Shown here piece by piece: positions 54,398 to 64,000 of a DNA stretch of 64,000 bases; the first letter of the stretch is position 1; each line of letters opens with the position of its first letter. The translations under genes were made by a program, and so were the position numbers. The stretch is from an uncultured delta proteobacterium (GTDB taxonomy: Bacteria; Myxococcota; Kuafuiibacteriia; Kuafuiibacteriales; Kuafuiibacteriaceae), in contig CAWDML010000003.1 of assembly GCA_963803435.1 (NCBI GenBank), positions 704,001-768,000 on the forward strand, given 5' to 3'. Under the pieces are notes generated by a model, which worked only from the letters and a program-made list of their open reading frames with translations, was not told the DNA's origin and did not search any database.

Positions 54398-56005
54398 ATG
54401 ACGGGCGACAAGAGCCTCGCGCCCGACACGCTCCTCGACGATCCGGTCCATGCTCATGACGCGCTGCAGGCGCTGCTCGACACCTCGCCGAACGTGATCC
54501 TGCTCGTCGACCTCGAAGACAAGGTGCGTGGGGCCAACGATGCGCTGGCACATTTCTTCGAGATCAAGCCCGCCGATGCCGTGGGAATGCCGCTCGACGA
54601 GCTGTTCGAACGGCTGGCGCGGCACACGGACGAGGAGCCACGCTTCCGCGAGATCGTCGAGCGGATCCGCAAGCACCGGACGCCCGGAGCTCTGAGTCAC
54701 CCCTTCAACCTCCGCGACTTCACGTTCCACCTGGTGGAGCCGTTCGACGCGCAGCTGCACGTCTACGGGGGGCCGATCCACGATCAGGGCGGGACGGTGA
54801 TCGGCCAGATCTGGACGCTGGGCGACGTCACCGAGATCCAGCGCTCGGAAGCGCAGCTGCGCACGCTGGCAGAGGTCTCCCCGATCCCGTTGATCATCAC
54901 GCGGGCCGACGACGGGAACATCGTCTACTGCAACCAACCGCTCGCCTCGATCGTCGGTATGCGCGCCCAGGAGATGATCGGTCGCGTCTCACCCGACTTC
55001 TACTGGGATCCCGAGGATCGCAAGAAGGTGCTGGCCGGCCTCTCGACCCTCGGCTCCGTCGAGGGCCTCGAGGTCCGCCTGCGGCGCGCCGACGGCAGCC
55101 TCCGCTGGGCGCTGTTCTCGCTGACCACCACCACGCTGATGGGCGAGCGCGTGGTGATCGGCGGCCTCTACGACATCACGGATCGAAAGGCCGCCGAGGA
55201 GGCGCTCCGCCAGGTGCTCCAGGATCTCGAGCGCACGCAGGCGCAGTTGGTGCAGTCGGAGAAGATGGCGTCGCTCGGGATGCTGGTGGCGGGCATCGCG
55301 CACGAGATCAACACACCGATCGGCGCCATCAGCAGCATGCACGACACGCTGATCAAGGCGATCGATCGACTCAAGAGCGTGCTCGCCGACGAGCTCGGCG
55401 AGGCATTCACGGCCAATCCGAAGATCATCCAGACGCTCAAGATCATCGAGGACTCGAACCGCGTGATCAGCGACGGCTCGTCCCGGGTGACGAACATCGT
55501 CAAACGCCTCAAGAGCTTCGCGCGCCTCGACGAGGCGGCGCTGAAGGACGCCGACGTCAACGAGGGCCTCATCGACACGCTCACGTTGATCCAGCACGAG
55601 CTCAAGCATGCGATCACCGTGGTGCGCGACCTGGGTGCCCTGCCGCCCATCGCGTGCTATCCGGGCCGCCTCAACCAGGTGTTTCTCAACATCCTGATGA
55701 ACGCACGGCAGGCGATCAGCGGAAGCGGTGAGATCCGCATCCAGACCCGCCTGGAGGGCAAGACCGTGCGCGTCGCGATCAGCGACAGCGGCGCCGGCAT
55801 CCCCGCGAAGAACCTGGCGCGGATCTTCGATCCGGGCTTCACGACCAAAGGCGTCGGCGTCGGCACCGGGCTCGGGCTCTCGATCTGCTACCAGATCGTC
55901 CAGGAGCACCACGGGCGGATCTCGGTCGCGAGCGAGCTGGGAAAGGGCACCACGTTCACCATCGAGATCCCGTCCAACCTCGAGGAGCTGGTCGAGCGCA
56001 CCTGA
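54398..56005 (+). CDS. Cytoplasmic PAS-PAS sensor histidine kinase
   Basis: Two PAS/PAC domains, EKMASLG..AHEINTP, NQVFLN, FTTKGVGVGTGLGL. Confidence 0.93.
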   Translation: MTGDKSLAPDTLLDDPVHAHDALQALLDTSPNVILLVDLEDKVRGANDALAHFFEIKPADAVGMPLDELFERLARHTDEEPRFREIVERIRKHRTPGALSHPFNLRDFTFHLVEPFDAQLHVYGGPIHDQGGTVIGQIWTLGDVTEIQRSEAQLRTLAEVSPIPLIITRADDGNIVYCNQPLASIVGMRAQEMIGRVSPDFYWDPEDRKKVLAGLSTLGSVEGLEVRLRRADGSLRWALFSLTTTTLMGERVVIGGLYDITDRKAAEEALRQVLQDLERTQAQLVQSEKMASLGMLVAGIAHEINTPIGAISSMHDTLIKAIDRLKSVLADELGEAFTANPKIIQTLKIIEDSNRVISDGSSRVTNIVKRLKSFARLDEAALKDADVNEGLIDTLTLIQHELKHAITVVRDLGALPPIACYPGRLNQVFLNILMNARQAISGSGEIRIQTRLEGKTVRVAISDSGAGIPAKNLARIFDPGFTTKGVGVGTGLGLSICYQIVQEHHGRISVASELGKGTTFTIEIPSNLEELVERT

Positions 56006-56059
56006 GAACCGGTCCTAAACCGTTCCGTTCGCTATTTTGTGTTGCACTTGCTCTGGCAC
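56005..56059 (+). repeat. Solo left arm of the IS5-derived inverted-repeat family
   Basis: AGAACCGGTCCTAAACCGTTCCGTTCGCTATT...TGTTGCACTTGCTCTGGCA matches the arms at 23314 and 62334; overlaps the kinase stop codon. Confidence 0.75.
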
Positions 56060-56112
56060 AGATTTATCGGCCATCGAGGACCTCTCAAGAACTCGTCAGC
56101 ACTCTCCTTTGC

Positions 56113-57201
56113 TCAGTACAGGACGTTCTCGAACATGACCCGCCTCGCCTCCTGGAAGGCCTCGGCGCGCGGGCTGTCGGCGGCGCGGGCGAAGAACGCG
56201 TTGAAGGCGTCGGGATTGGCGCGGCCGGTCGTACCGAGATAGGAGGCGATCGCGTACGGATCGAGCGTGCCGCCCGAGCCGGTCAGGAGGCGCTCGTCGA
56301 GCGTGGCGATGGCGCCGGGATCGAGCGGGAACATGCCGAGATAACCGATCGCGCCCAGGTCGCCCCGTTCGAGCTGGGTCCCGAAGACCGCCACCGGATC
56401 GAGGGTGGAGAGCGTCTCTGAGTCGATCTGGGAGAGGAGGCGGCGAGCCTCGCGGCCGTCGGTCACGCCGAGGCTGACCCGATCGACCGCCTCGTCGGCC
56501 GTGAGCTCGGGGGCCCACATGTCGAGGTCGCGCTCGAGGTTGCCGAGCTGCCGGGAGACCGACTCGGGGAGCTGGTCGGCGGGGAGCTCGAGGATCGCCT
56601 GGGCGTGGCCCCGCAATACCTCGAGCTGATCGTCGGAGCTGGCGCCGGGCAACAGCGTGGCGATGCCCTGGGTGAGGAGCTCCAGCGTCGCTGGATCGAA
56701 GTCGGCGAAGCGGTTCGGATCGGCGGCCATGGTGGCGTAGGCGGTGTCGGTCACCTCGAGCATCTCGGACTCGTGCTCGATGAAGAAGCGGAGCCAGGGA
56801 TAGAGCTGGCGTGTCGCGTTCGCCCCGTTGCCGATCTGGTGGAGCAGTGCCTGCTTCTTCATGATCTCGCGGTCGAAGGTGTCGAGGAGCTCGAGGTAGC
56901 CGTCGGGCCCCTCGCGGAGCTTCTGCTCGGCGTAGGCCATCATCCGGCGCGTAACCTCGTCGAGGTTCTTCGGCTCGCCGAGGTGGAAGGTCTGCGCCTT
57001 GCCGGCGGGTGCGGCGGTCGGGCTCGGCTCACGAGGTCGCCAGCGCGCCACCAGGCTGGTGTGCGCGTGCGCCGGCGGAGGGATGGAGCAGGAGGGCGCT
57101 TCGGGCTCCACGATCTCGCGTGTGGGGACCGGCACGGTCTTGCGTCCGATCACGAAGGCGACCGTGAGAGAACCGAGCCAGCCCCAGTGCGTCCATCTCA
57201 T
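56113..57201 (-). CDS. Hypothetical membrane-anchored alpha-helical protein
   Basis: N-terminal TM, typical codon usage, no recognised motif. Confidence 0.6.
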   Translation of the reverse strand: MRWTHWGWLGSLTVAFVIGRKTVPVPTREIVEPEAPSCSIPPPAHAHTSLVARWRPREPSPTAAPAGKAQTFHLGEPKNLDEVTRRMMAYAEQKLREGPDGYLELLDTFDREIMKKQALLHQIGNGANATRQLYPWLRFFIEHESEMLEVTDTAYATMAADPNRFADFDPATLELLTQGIATLLPGASSDDQLEVLRGHAQAILELPADQLPESVSRQLGNLERDLDMWAPELTADEAVDRVSLGVTDGREARRLLSQIDSETLSTLDPVAVFGTQLERGDLGAIGYLGMFPLDPGAIATLDERLLTGSGGTLDPYAIASYLGTTGRANPDAFNAFFARAADSPRAEAFQEARRVMFENVLY

Positions 57202-57251
57202 GCGGTCTCTCAACGTGCGAGAGACCGCTTCGGCGTTCCGTGAGTTCCGCC

Positions 57252-57809
57252 TCAGAGCCAGCCGAGTCGAACCAGCAGATAACAGAGGAGGAAACCGGCG
57301 ACCGCAGCGCCCGCGATCGGCCCCCACCGGAGGACGGCGGCCGGGATCGGGGTCTGGGCGGAGGCGGGCCGTGCGTGGGCGATCCCGCTCGCGCGGCGCG
57401 GGGTGGTCGCGACCTTGGTGTGGAACCCCTGCTGAGCGAGGTAGGCCTCGAGCTGCTCCTGCATCCGATCGTACTCGCCCTTCGAGACGTCGAACCCGCG
57501 CCCGTGCCGTTGAGAGAAGTGGGTCGACACCACCGCGTAGGTCCGGATCTCGGCCAGCTGCATGGCGACGTCGACGTACCCGCAGACCAGCCCGCCGCCG
57601 GTCGCCATCTCGTCCTTGGTCACGAGGAGGAGCGCCTGCCGGGCCTTGCGCCCGCCGTCGGTGCTCGGCCCGTCCGGCTCGGTGGCCCGCAGATAGCGCT
57701 TGGCCTCGGTCCCGAACGTCTTGGTGGCGAACTTCAGGTTGATCAGATCGCTGACCTGAGCGGCCTGACTCGCGTGATGAGTGCGCGAGCTGTCCGAAGT
57801 CATGCCCAT
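57252..57809 (-). CDS. Hypothetical protein with C-terminal TM
   Basis: EPDGPSTDGGRKARQ...LVCG; C-terminal hydrophobic anchor. Confidence 0.6.
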   Translation of the reverse strand: MGMTSDSSRTHHASQAAQVSDLINLKFATKTFGTEAKRYLRATEPDGPSTDGGRKARQALLLVTKDEMATGGGLVCGYVDVAMQLAEIRTYAVVSTHFSQRHGRGFDVSKGEYDRMQEQLEAYLAQQGFHTKVATTPRRASGIAHARPASAQTPIPAAVLRWGPIAGAAVAGFLLCYLLVRLGWL

Positions 57810-57869
57810 GAGATAGCACGGCGCCGCCTCTAGGGAACAGCGCGCACCTTCGCTCCGGTTCAGCCTCCG

Positions 57870-58547
57870 ATGTACGCGCGCGTGGCCGCCCTCCTGATCG
57901 CACAGCTGGCGCTGCCGAGCCCTGCGGTCGCCGCCGACAGGCCGGTGCTGGTGGTGGTCCCGCTCGGCGGCGCCGACGAGGATCTCGTCCGCTTCGTGGC
58001 GGCATCGATCGAGCGTCGGTTCGAGCTCGTGGTCCGCGTCGCTGATCCGATCGCGCTCCCGCCGGCGGCCTGGTATGCGCCGCGCAAGCGCTGGCGCGCC
58101 GAGAAGATCCTCGACCACCTCGACGGGCTGAACTTCGGTCCGGACGTGTGGCGCGTTGCCGCGATCACCGAGGCGCCGATCTCCACCACCAAGGGCGTGG
58201 TCCAGGACTGGGGCATCGCCGGCCTCGGGTCGCTCGGGGGCAAGAGCAGCGTCTTCACCTCTTACCTGTTCCGCGGCTACCGAAAGAGGGAGCGGGAGAG
58301 CTACCTGCGATTCATGGAGAACCTGGTGCTCCATGAGGTCGGTCATACGCTCGGGCTGCCGCACTGTCCGCTCGACCGCTGCTTGATGGCCGACGCCCAC
58401 GGCAACGCGGTCCGAGCCGCTCGGGTCTCGATCAACGAGTTCTGCCCCCGCTGCTGGGCGCGGATCCGGGAGCACCTGAAGTCCCGCGCGCCGCAGGGGA
58501 GCTGGACGAAGGCGGAGCTGGCGAAGATCGGCTTGCCGAGGTCGTGA
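57870..58547 (+). CDS. Archaemetzincin-like Zn metalloprotease (M54), secreted
   Basis: HEVGHTLGLPHC...CLM...FCPRC. Confidence 0.88.
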   Translation: MYARVAALLIAQLALPSPAVAADRPVLVVVPLGGADEDLVRFVAASIERRFELVVRVADPIALPPAAWYAPRKRWRAEKILDHLDGLNFGPDVWRVAAITEAPISTTKGVVQDWGIAGLGSLGGKSSVFTSYLFRGYRKRERESYLRFMENLVLHEVGHTLGLPHCPLDRCLMADAHGNAVRAARVSINEFCPRCWARIREHLKSRAPQGSWTKAELAKIGLPRS

Positions 58548-58569
58548 CGCGCGTGGTTCGCCGTGTCCC

Positions 58570-59058
58570 ATGGCGACGAAGATCGACCAGACCTTTCGCA
58601 TCGACGGCGCGGGCCCCCACGAAGTCATGGACATCATGCGAAACGCTGAGTTCATCGCGGAGTCGGAGAAGGCCCGCGACGCGCTCACGGTAAACGTCAC
58701 CAACCGCGAAGAGGACGAGCAGCGTCACGTCTTCGAGATCCACACCACGACGTACGCTCGTGGTGCCACCGGCATCGACAAGAGCAAGACGGAGGACAAC
58801 CGGACCGTCGTCACCTGGGATAAGACGCGCGAAACGGCGCGCTGGGACTGGTCGGGGCCGCACGGGAAGATGGCTCGGGTCTCGGGCACGCACGCGATCA
58901 CCGACAAGGGCGGGGCCGCGGAGCTGCGCATGACGATGGAGGTCGAGATCTCGATCCCGCTGGTGGGCAAGATGGTGGAGAAGAAGGTGAAGGCCGGCTT
59001 CGAGGAGAACTGGCCCACCTACGTCGAGCGCATCCGCAGCTGGATCGCGAAGGCCTGA
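58570..59058 (+). CDS. DUF2505 / START-like domain protein
   Basis: Helix-grip pattern, IPLVGKMVEK. Confidence 0.7.
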   Translation: MATKIDQTFRIDGAGPHEVMDIMRNAEFIAESEKARDALTVNVTNREEDEQRHVFEIHTTTYARGATGIDKSKTEDNRTVVTWDKTRETARWDWSGPHGKMARVSGTHAITDKGGAAELRMTMEVEISIPLVGKMVEKKVKAGFEENWPTYVERIRSWIAKA

Positions 59059-59576
59059 TGAGAGTCGCGCTCTTGGCCCTCGCCCTCGCTTCAGGCGCTT
59101 GCGCCGCGTCGGATGGCTCCGTCCGCCCGCCGTTCACCGCCGAGGAGATCCGCGACGCCACGCACGCCGGGCGCACGTACACTTGGCGTCTCTCGGCAGA
59201 GGGGCGCGTCTTCGTTCGCCGGCTGAAGTTCATCGAGGTCAGCAAAGACTCGGCCACGACCGAAGCCGTCAACCTCGGGCCCAACGGCGCTGCGATGAGC
59301 GAGCCCGAGGTCAAGACGACCACCTGGCCCGAGTTCGTGAAGCACGCCGCTTGGCCGAAGGACGGCACGGTCATCACGGAGGATCGGATCACGGTGCCCG
59401 CAGGCGCCTTCGATTGCCTCCTCTACACGATCACCGAGACGCGGGACGGCAAGCCGACCGTCACCCGGGCCTGGTTCGCGAAAGACCTGCCGGGTGCGCC
59501 GGTGAAGATGATCGTGGAGGTCGGCGGCACCCTGGTGACCCAGCTGGAGCTCCTGGAGCACCAGGCTGGATACTGA
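59058..59576 (+). CDS. Hypothetical lipoprotein
   Basis: Lipobox SGAC; ITVPAGAFDC, WFAKDLPGAPVK. Confidence 0.65.
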   Translation: MRVALLALALASGACAASDGSVRPPFTAEEIRDATHAGRTYTWRLSAEGRVFVRRLKFIEVSKDSATTEAVNLGPNGAAMSEPEVKTTTWPEFVKHAAWPKDGTVITEDRITVPAGAFDCLLYTITETRDGKPTVTRAWFAKDLPGAPVKMIVEVGGTLVTQLELLEHQAGY

Positions 59577-59943
59577 TGTTTGGCGCGACGCTCACCACGA
59601 TCCTCCAGCAGCCCGGGCCGCCGGCGCCGTCCATGCAGGCTTCGTCCTTTTCTCCGCCTCCCGGGCGCCTTGGTGAACGTGCCGTGGCGACGTTCGCGTC
59701 GGTATGGGGAACCCAGGAGACGCTCTCGGCGCTTCACCTCGGATCAGATCGCCGCGTTGTTGGGTCGAGGTGACGCGGGTTTTTCTTGCGACATCAAACA
59801 TCGACCTCGTCATGGTTCTCTTCGAGCAATGGTCGCGTGTGCGTGATTGTGTTCCGAACCGTGGCTGGCGGGGCGAGCCGTTCACATGGACCCCGTGCGT
59901 CAACTTGAATCAAATCCGGGGACTGCGATACACGTCATGGACT

Positions 59944-60690
59944 GTGTTCGCACTTCTCGAACCATCGGTTCGGACGATCAAACCTCGTACTGACGGCGTC
60001 ACGATGGTTTTGGACGTTGGGATGGGACCGAACGCCGTACGAGATCTGGCCGCGGTCTCGGGCGCGCATTGCGACTACGCGAAGATCGCGTGGGGCAGCG
60101 CGCTCATCACCGAGAACCTGGAAGAAAAGCTCGCGCTGTATCGTGACCTGGGTATCACGCCGATGTTCGGCGGGACGCTCTTCGAGTACGCGCATCTCCG
60201 CGGTCGCACCGAAGAGCTCTTTCAGCTCGTCACGCGTCTGCATTGCCACGTGGAGATCTCGGACGGCGTCGCACAGATCCCGAGGGACGAGAAGCTCCGG
60301 TGGATCGAGAAGTTCGCGAAACACGTGGATGTCTTCTCGGAGATCGGTCGCAAGCGCGGCCAGGTCACGTACGACTGGCGCCGCGAGATCGCTGACAATC
60401 TGGAGGCGGGCGCGAAGAAGATCGTCATCGAAGGCCGAGAGATCGGACCGGTAGGGCAGGAGATTCGAGTGGATCTGGTGGAGCACTTGCTCGAGATCGC
60501 GGACGTGAAGGTGCTGATTTTCGAGGCGCTCGAGCGGCCTCAACAAGTCTTTCTCATCAAGAAGGTGGGACCCAACGTCAATTTGGGCAACATCAGGCCT
60601 GGAGATCTGCATACGCTTGAGTCTTTCCGACGGGGGCTCAAGGAACACACGCTTCTCTGGGGGGCAGGCGTTCGGGAAGAGTCTCGATGA
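59944..60690 (+). CDS. comA: Phosphosulfolactate synthase (ComA)
   Basis: KPRTDGVTMVLD.G, AKIAWGS, GGTLFE, VEISDG, SEIGRK, IIFEA-like, GPNVNLGNI, LESFRRGL. Confidence 0.88.
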   Translation: MFALLEPSVRTIKPRTDGVTMVLDVGMGPNAVRDLAAVSGAHCDYAKIAWGSALITENLEEKLALYRDLGITPMFGGTLFEYAHLRGRTEELFQLVTRLHCHVEISDGVAQIPRDEKLRWIEKFAKHVDVFSEIGRKRGQVTYDWRREIADNLEAGAKKIVIEGREIGPVGQEIRVDLVEHLLEIADVKVLIFEALERPQQVFLIKKVGPNVNLGNIRPGDLHTLESFRRGLKEHTLLWGAGVREESR

Positions 60691-62334
60691 CGACCGAGGC
60701 CCCGGCCGCCCCCAGCGATAGCTCCGACCTGCAAGGTCCCATCACGGTCAACACGCTCGAGCGTGGGGGCGTCGTCTCTTTCTGTCCGATCGCATCCGCA
60801 GTTGGTCAGAGAGTTCTAGAGGACGGCGGCAACGCGGTCGACGCGGCCGTCGCCACCGCGTTCGCGATGGCGGTGACGTATCCGCAGGCCGGCAACCTCG
60901 GTGGCGGCGGCATCCTGATGGTCCACGATCGCTCCGGCGAGACGAATTGTCTCGACTTCCGTGAGACCGCACCGAACGCCGCCACGCCCGACGTCTTCTC
61001 CACCCACGCCATGTCGATCCGCGGCGCCCGCGCCGCCGGAGTTCCCGCGACCGTCGCGGGGATGGCCGAGCTCCTCCGAAGATTCGGGAGCTGGAGCTGG
61101 AGCGACCTGGTGGCGCCGGCGATCGATCTCGCTGCGTACGGCAACTGGGTGACCTCGAGACAGGCGGCCTACTTCAGCAGCTACGCGACCGAGCTCGCCC
61201 GCTTTCCTTCCACCGTGAGCGCTTTCTTCCCCTCCGGTGCGCCGCCGCGCCCGGGATCGCTGCTGCGGCAGCCGGTCCTCGCGGAGACTTTCCGTATGCT
61301 GGCGGAGGAGGGTCCGAGCTGCTTCTACCAGGGCCTGATCGCCGAACGGCTCATCAGGAACGTCGAGGAAGCAGGCGGCTTGATGACGCGCGAGGACCTC
61401 TCGTCGTACCAGCCGCAGTGGCGCCGTCCCGCGCGGCGGACGGTCTTCGGTCACGAGTTGATGAGCGCCCCGCTCCCCTCGGGGGGCGGCTTCGTCATCG
61501 GAGTGACCCTCGGCCTGCTCGAGTCGGCGGGGGGCTGCGCGCCAGGCCTCGACGATCTCCACGCGGCTCATCCTGACCGTCCGCGCGCTTCGGGTCGCAT
61601 TCGCGCTCCGGCGGAACCTTCTCGGCGATCCGGACGGCCTGCCGCCGGACGAGCTCGAAGCGGTCTACGAGCTGACGGAGCGATTGTTCCTGCCCGGGTC
61701 GCTCGAGACGTTCGAGGACTGGCTTCGCGGAAAGCCCGATGCGCCTCCGCTGGCCGAAGGCAACTCGACCACACACTTCTGCGTCATCGACAAGCACGGG
61801 AACGCGGTGTCGTGCACGTACAGCCTCAACACGCTCTTCGGGTCCAAGTTCGTCGCGCACGACACTGGAATCCTCCTCAACAACACGCTCGACGACTTCT
61901 GCATCAAAGAAGGCCGGGCAAACTGGTACGCGCTGCTCGAAGGCAAGAAGAACCGGATCCATCCCGGCCGTCGGCCCGTCGGTTCCATGTCACCGACGAT
62001 CGCGCTCCGCGACCGGAAGGTTGCCTTCCTGATCGGCGCCGCCGGCGGACCACGCATCCCGAGCTTGGTCGCGCAGGTGACCCATTCGATGTTCACACGA
62101 GGCGTGAGCCTCGCCGACGCGGTCTGGTTTCCGCGCGTGCATCACCAGTACGTCCCGGATCGGATCCTCGTGGAGGCCGCGCTCCCCGAGCACCTCAGGG
62201 AGGGCCTGGCGCAGAGCGGGTTCGAGGTCGAGGAGCAGCGCAACCTGGGCATCGCCTCCGCGCTCTACGTCGACCCGAAGACAGGCGCCTTCTCCGCGGT
62301 CCTCGACCCGCGCTTCTCGCACTTCACGCCCTAA
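60687..62334 (+). CDS. ggt: Gamma-glutamyltransferase, frameshift at the G6 run 61529-61534
   Basis: GGNAVDAAVA, GNLGGGG, DFRETAP; small subunit TTHFCVID, LNNTLDDF, GAAGGPRI. Confidence 0.88.
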
Positions 62335-62628
62335 GAACCGGTCGTTCCGTTCGCTATTCCATGTTGCACTTGTTCTGGCATTCGCTGGTCGATCGAGCGA
62401 GCTCCATGCCCACTGTAGGCCGCGCCGCTTGTCGTCGTACCGAAGCCGCTCCGCAAAGATCGATTCTCCTCCAAAGCGCATCCGGTCGGTTCGCGAGCTT
62501 CGCTTCCACCTCTCCATCGCAGTGATCTCGACACGCTTCTGCAAGAGCGTTCCGTCTCCATGAACAGCGAATGCCAGAACGCCGAAACACGGAACAGGGA
62601 ACGATTCGGAGGTTTTCGGACCGGTTCT
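62334..62628. mobile_element. MITE-like element (295 bp) of the same inverted-repeat family
   Basis: Ends AGAACCGG ... GGTTTTCGGACCGGTTCT, long imperfect arms, no recognisable ORF, starts at the ggt TAA. Confidence 0.75.
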
Positions 62629-62679
62629 ATGGGAGACGATGACTCGTAGGCGAAGGCGCGTTATCACCATCCAACACTG

Positions 62680-63378
62680 ATGCAGATCGAATGTTGTCAC
62701 CCGGCGCGGCTCCCTGGGCACCACCTCGGAACGGCCGTCGTCATCGATGTACTCAGGGCCACCTCCACCGCGACGATCCTCATCGCTCGCGGCGCGACGC
62801 GGATGTTCGCGGTCGAGACGCCCGGCGACATCCAGGGCGTGACCGGCGGGATTGAGGAACGGTTCCTCATCGTCAGCGAGCTCGAGGAGATCGAGCCGGG
62901 GCCGCACCGCATCGATAACTCCCCCACCACCGCGAGGCATATCGATCTGGCGGGCCGGGTTCCGATCCTGGTGACCACCAATGGCACGCGTGCGCTCGGG
63001 GCCGCGGTGCGTTGCTCAGACGTCGTGTTGATCGCGAGCTTCCTCAACCTCGCGAGCGTCGCAGAACATCTGAAGCGGGCGGCGCCGCGCCGCGTGACCT
63101 TGCTGCCAGCGGGTAAGTTCGCCGACGTCAGCGGGCGGATCGAGGACGACCTATGCGCCGAGATGCTTCACCGTGTGCTGGTAGGCGACGACCCGGACGA
63201 GGAGGCCGTCTTCCGCCGCATCCGGGAGGACGCGAACGTGCAGCGCCGGCTCCAGCGTCCCGGCTTCGCAGCAGACCTGGACCTCGCGCTCACCCCGAAC
63301 CTGTGTGATGTCGTCCCCTTCGTACCGAGAGAAAATGGCTCGATCTTCGCGAACGCCTGTCTGATTCAACCGCTCTAG
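62680..63378 (+). CDS. comB: 2-phosphosulfolactate phosphatase (ComB)
   Basis: VVIDVLRATST, DNSP, TTNGTRAL, ASFLN, IEDDLCA. Confidence 0.9.
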   Translation: MQIECCHPARLPGHHLGTAVVIDVLRATSTATILIARGATRMFAVETPGDIQGVTGGIEERFLIVSELEEIEPGPHRIDNSPTTARHIDLAGRVPILVTTNGTRALGAAVRCSDVVLIASFLNLASVAEHLKRAAPRRVTLLPAGKFADVSGRIEDDLCAEMLHRVLVGDDPDEEAVFRRIREDANVQRRLQRPGFAADLDLALTPNLCDVVPFVPRENGSIFANACLIQPL

Positions 63379-63534
63379 GCTGATCTCCCCACCGAACCGC
63401 ACGCAACCCAGCTTGCGGTGTTCCCCACCATATTCAACTCCTAGAAGCCGAGTCGGTAAAACGTACTCAGGTCGGTGCTTCTGGAGCACATTGTCAGCAC
63501 TGTCGAGTTCGTGTGAAGGTGCGCCAGGCACCCG

Positions 63535-64000
63535 ATGGGACTGGAAGATCTGCTGGAGCGGCTCGCTCAGGGGGCGGACGCGTGGAACGCCTGGCGCCTG
63601 GCGTCGGGGAGTGTTGCGCTCGATCTGAGCGGGGCCAAGCTCCGCAGAGCGCGCTTGAGTCGCGTCGATCTGAGGGGCGCAGACCTGACCGAGGCCGATC
63701 TGGACGGCGCACTGTTGTTCGGCGCCAACCTATGTGGGGCTTGCCTTCGGGGCGCGCGCTTCTACGTCGCCAACCTCTGCGGGGCCGATCTCAAGGGCGC
63801 CGATCTCAGATCGACCTACCTGAGGGGCGCCGATCTCAGAGACGCAGATCTCCGCCGCGCCGACCTCCGCGACGCCGACTTCCGCGGCGCCAACCTGCGC
63901 TACGCTGATCTCCGCCACGCCAACCTGCACGGCGCCGACCTGCGGGACGCCGACCTTCGGGATACCGACCTTCACGGCGTCGATCTGTCCCACGTGATGA
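63535..64000 (+). CDS. Pentapeptide-repeat protein (3' partial)
   Basis: MGLEDLLERLAQGADAWNAWR followed by A(D/N)Lxx repeats; open to the window end. Confidence 0.88.
   Translation, partial: MGLEDLLERLAQGADAWNAWRLASGSVALDLSGAKLRRARLSRVDLRGADLTEADLDGALLFGANLCGACLRGARFYVANLCGADLKGADLRSTYLRGADLRDADLRRADLRDADFRGANLRYADLRHANLHGADLRDADLRDTDLHGVDLSHVM

Noticed and set aside
62395-62560. Coding or transposase remnant inside the MITE
   Set aside because: Only a faint LEENRSL/RYD resemblance to IS5 on the minus strand across different frames; not supportable
59944-63378. Coenzyme M biosynthesis or methanogenesis
   Set aside because: Downstream com genes are absent from the window; ComA/ComB alone give sulfolactate
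63640-64000. CRISPR-like or tandem DNA repeats (GCCGATCTC/GCCGACCT, 15-nt period)
   Set aside because: They encode pentapeptide repeats; no spacers or cas genes anywhere in the window

Overview
High-GC window that looks like Myxococcota/Deltaproteobacteria (inferred from Hanks kinases with PEGA domains, DUF4388, a FrzS/AglZ-like protein and several sigma54 activators). It holds about 50 genes. Highlights: (1) A three-level nested mobile element at 23314-26634. An inverted-repeat-bounded cassette (four-helix-bundle pseudogene plus IS5 transposase relic) has a group II intron (23357-25972) inserted in its left arm. That intron's RT gene is itself interrupted right after the YADD codons by an ORF-less class-D-like group II intron (24610-25375), whose EBS1/EBS2 read TAY-GCN-GAY-GAY-T regardless of synonymous codon. 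Further copies of the inverted-repeat family lie at 56005 and 62334-62628. (2) A ~13-kb signalling cluster (5491-18756) with membrane-anchored STAS+Zn-ribbon proteins, two paralogous RsbW-like GHKL kinases, a PAS protein, TPR-DUF4388, a Hanks kinase and a FrzS-like pseudo-receiver, but no sigma factor or PP2C. (3) A comA-ggt-comB sulfolactate-type cluster. The rest is mostly ordinary: MrfAB-like repair, beta-oxidation, a sigma54-controlled ABC efflux operon and lipoproteins. Five single-base frameshifts in otherwise intact genes suggest assembly errors. All calls come from reading the sequence by eye; no database searches were run.
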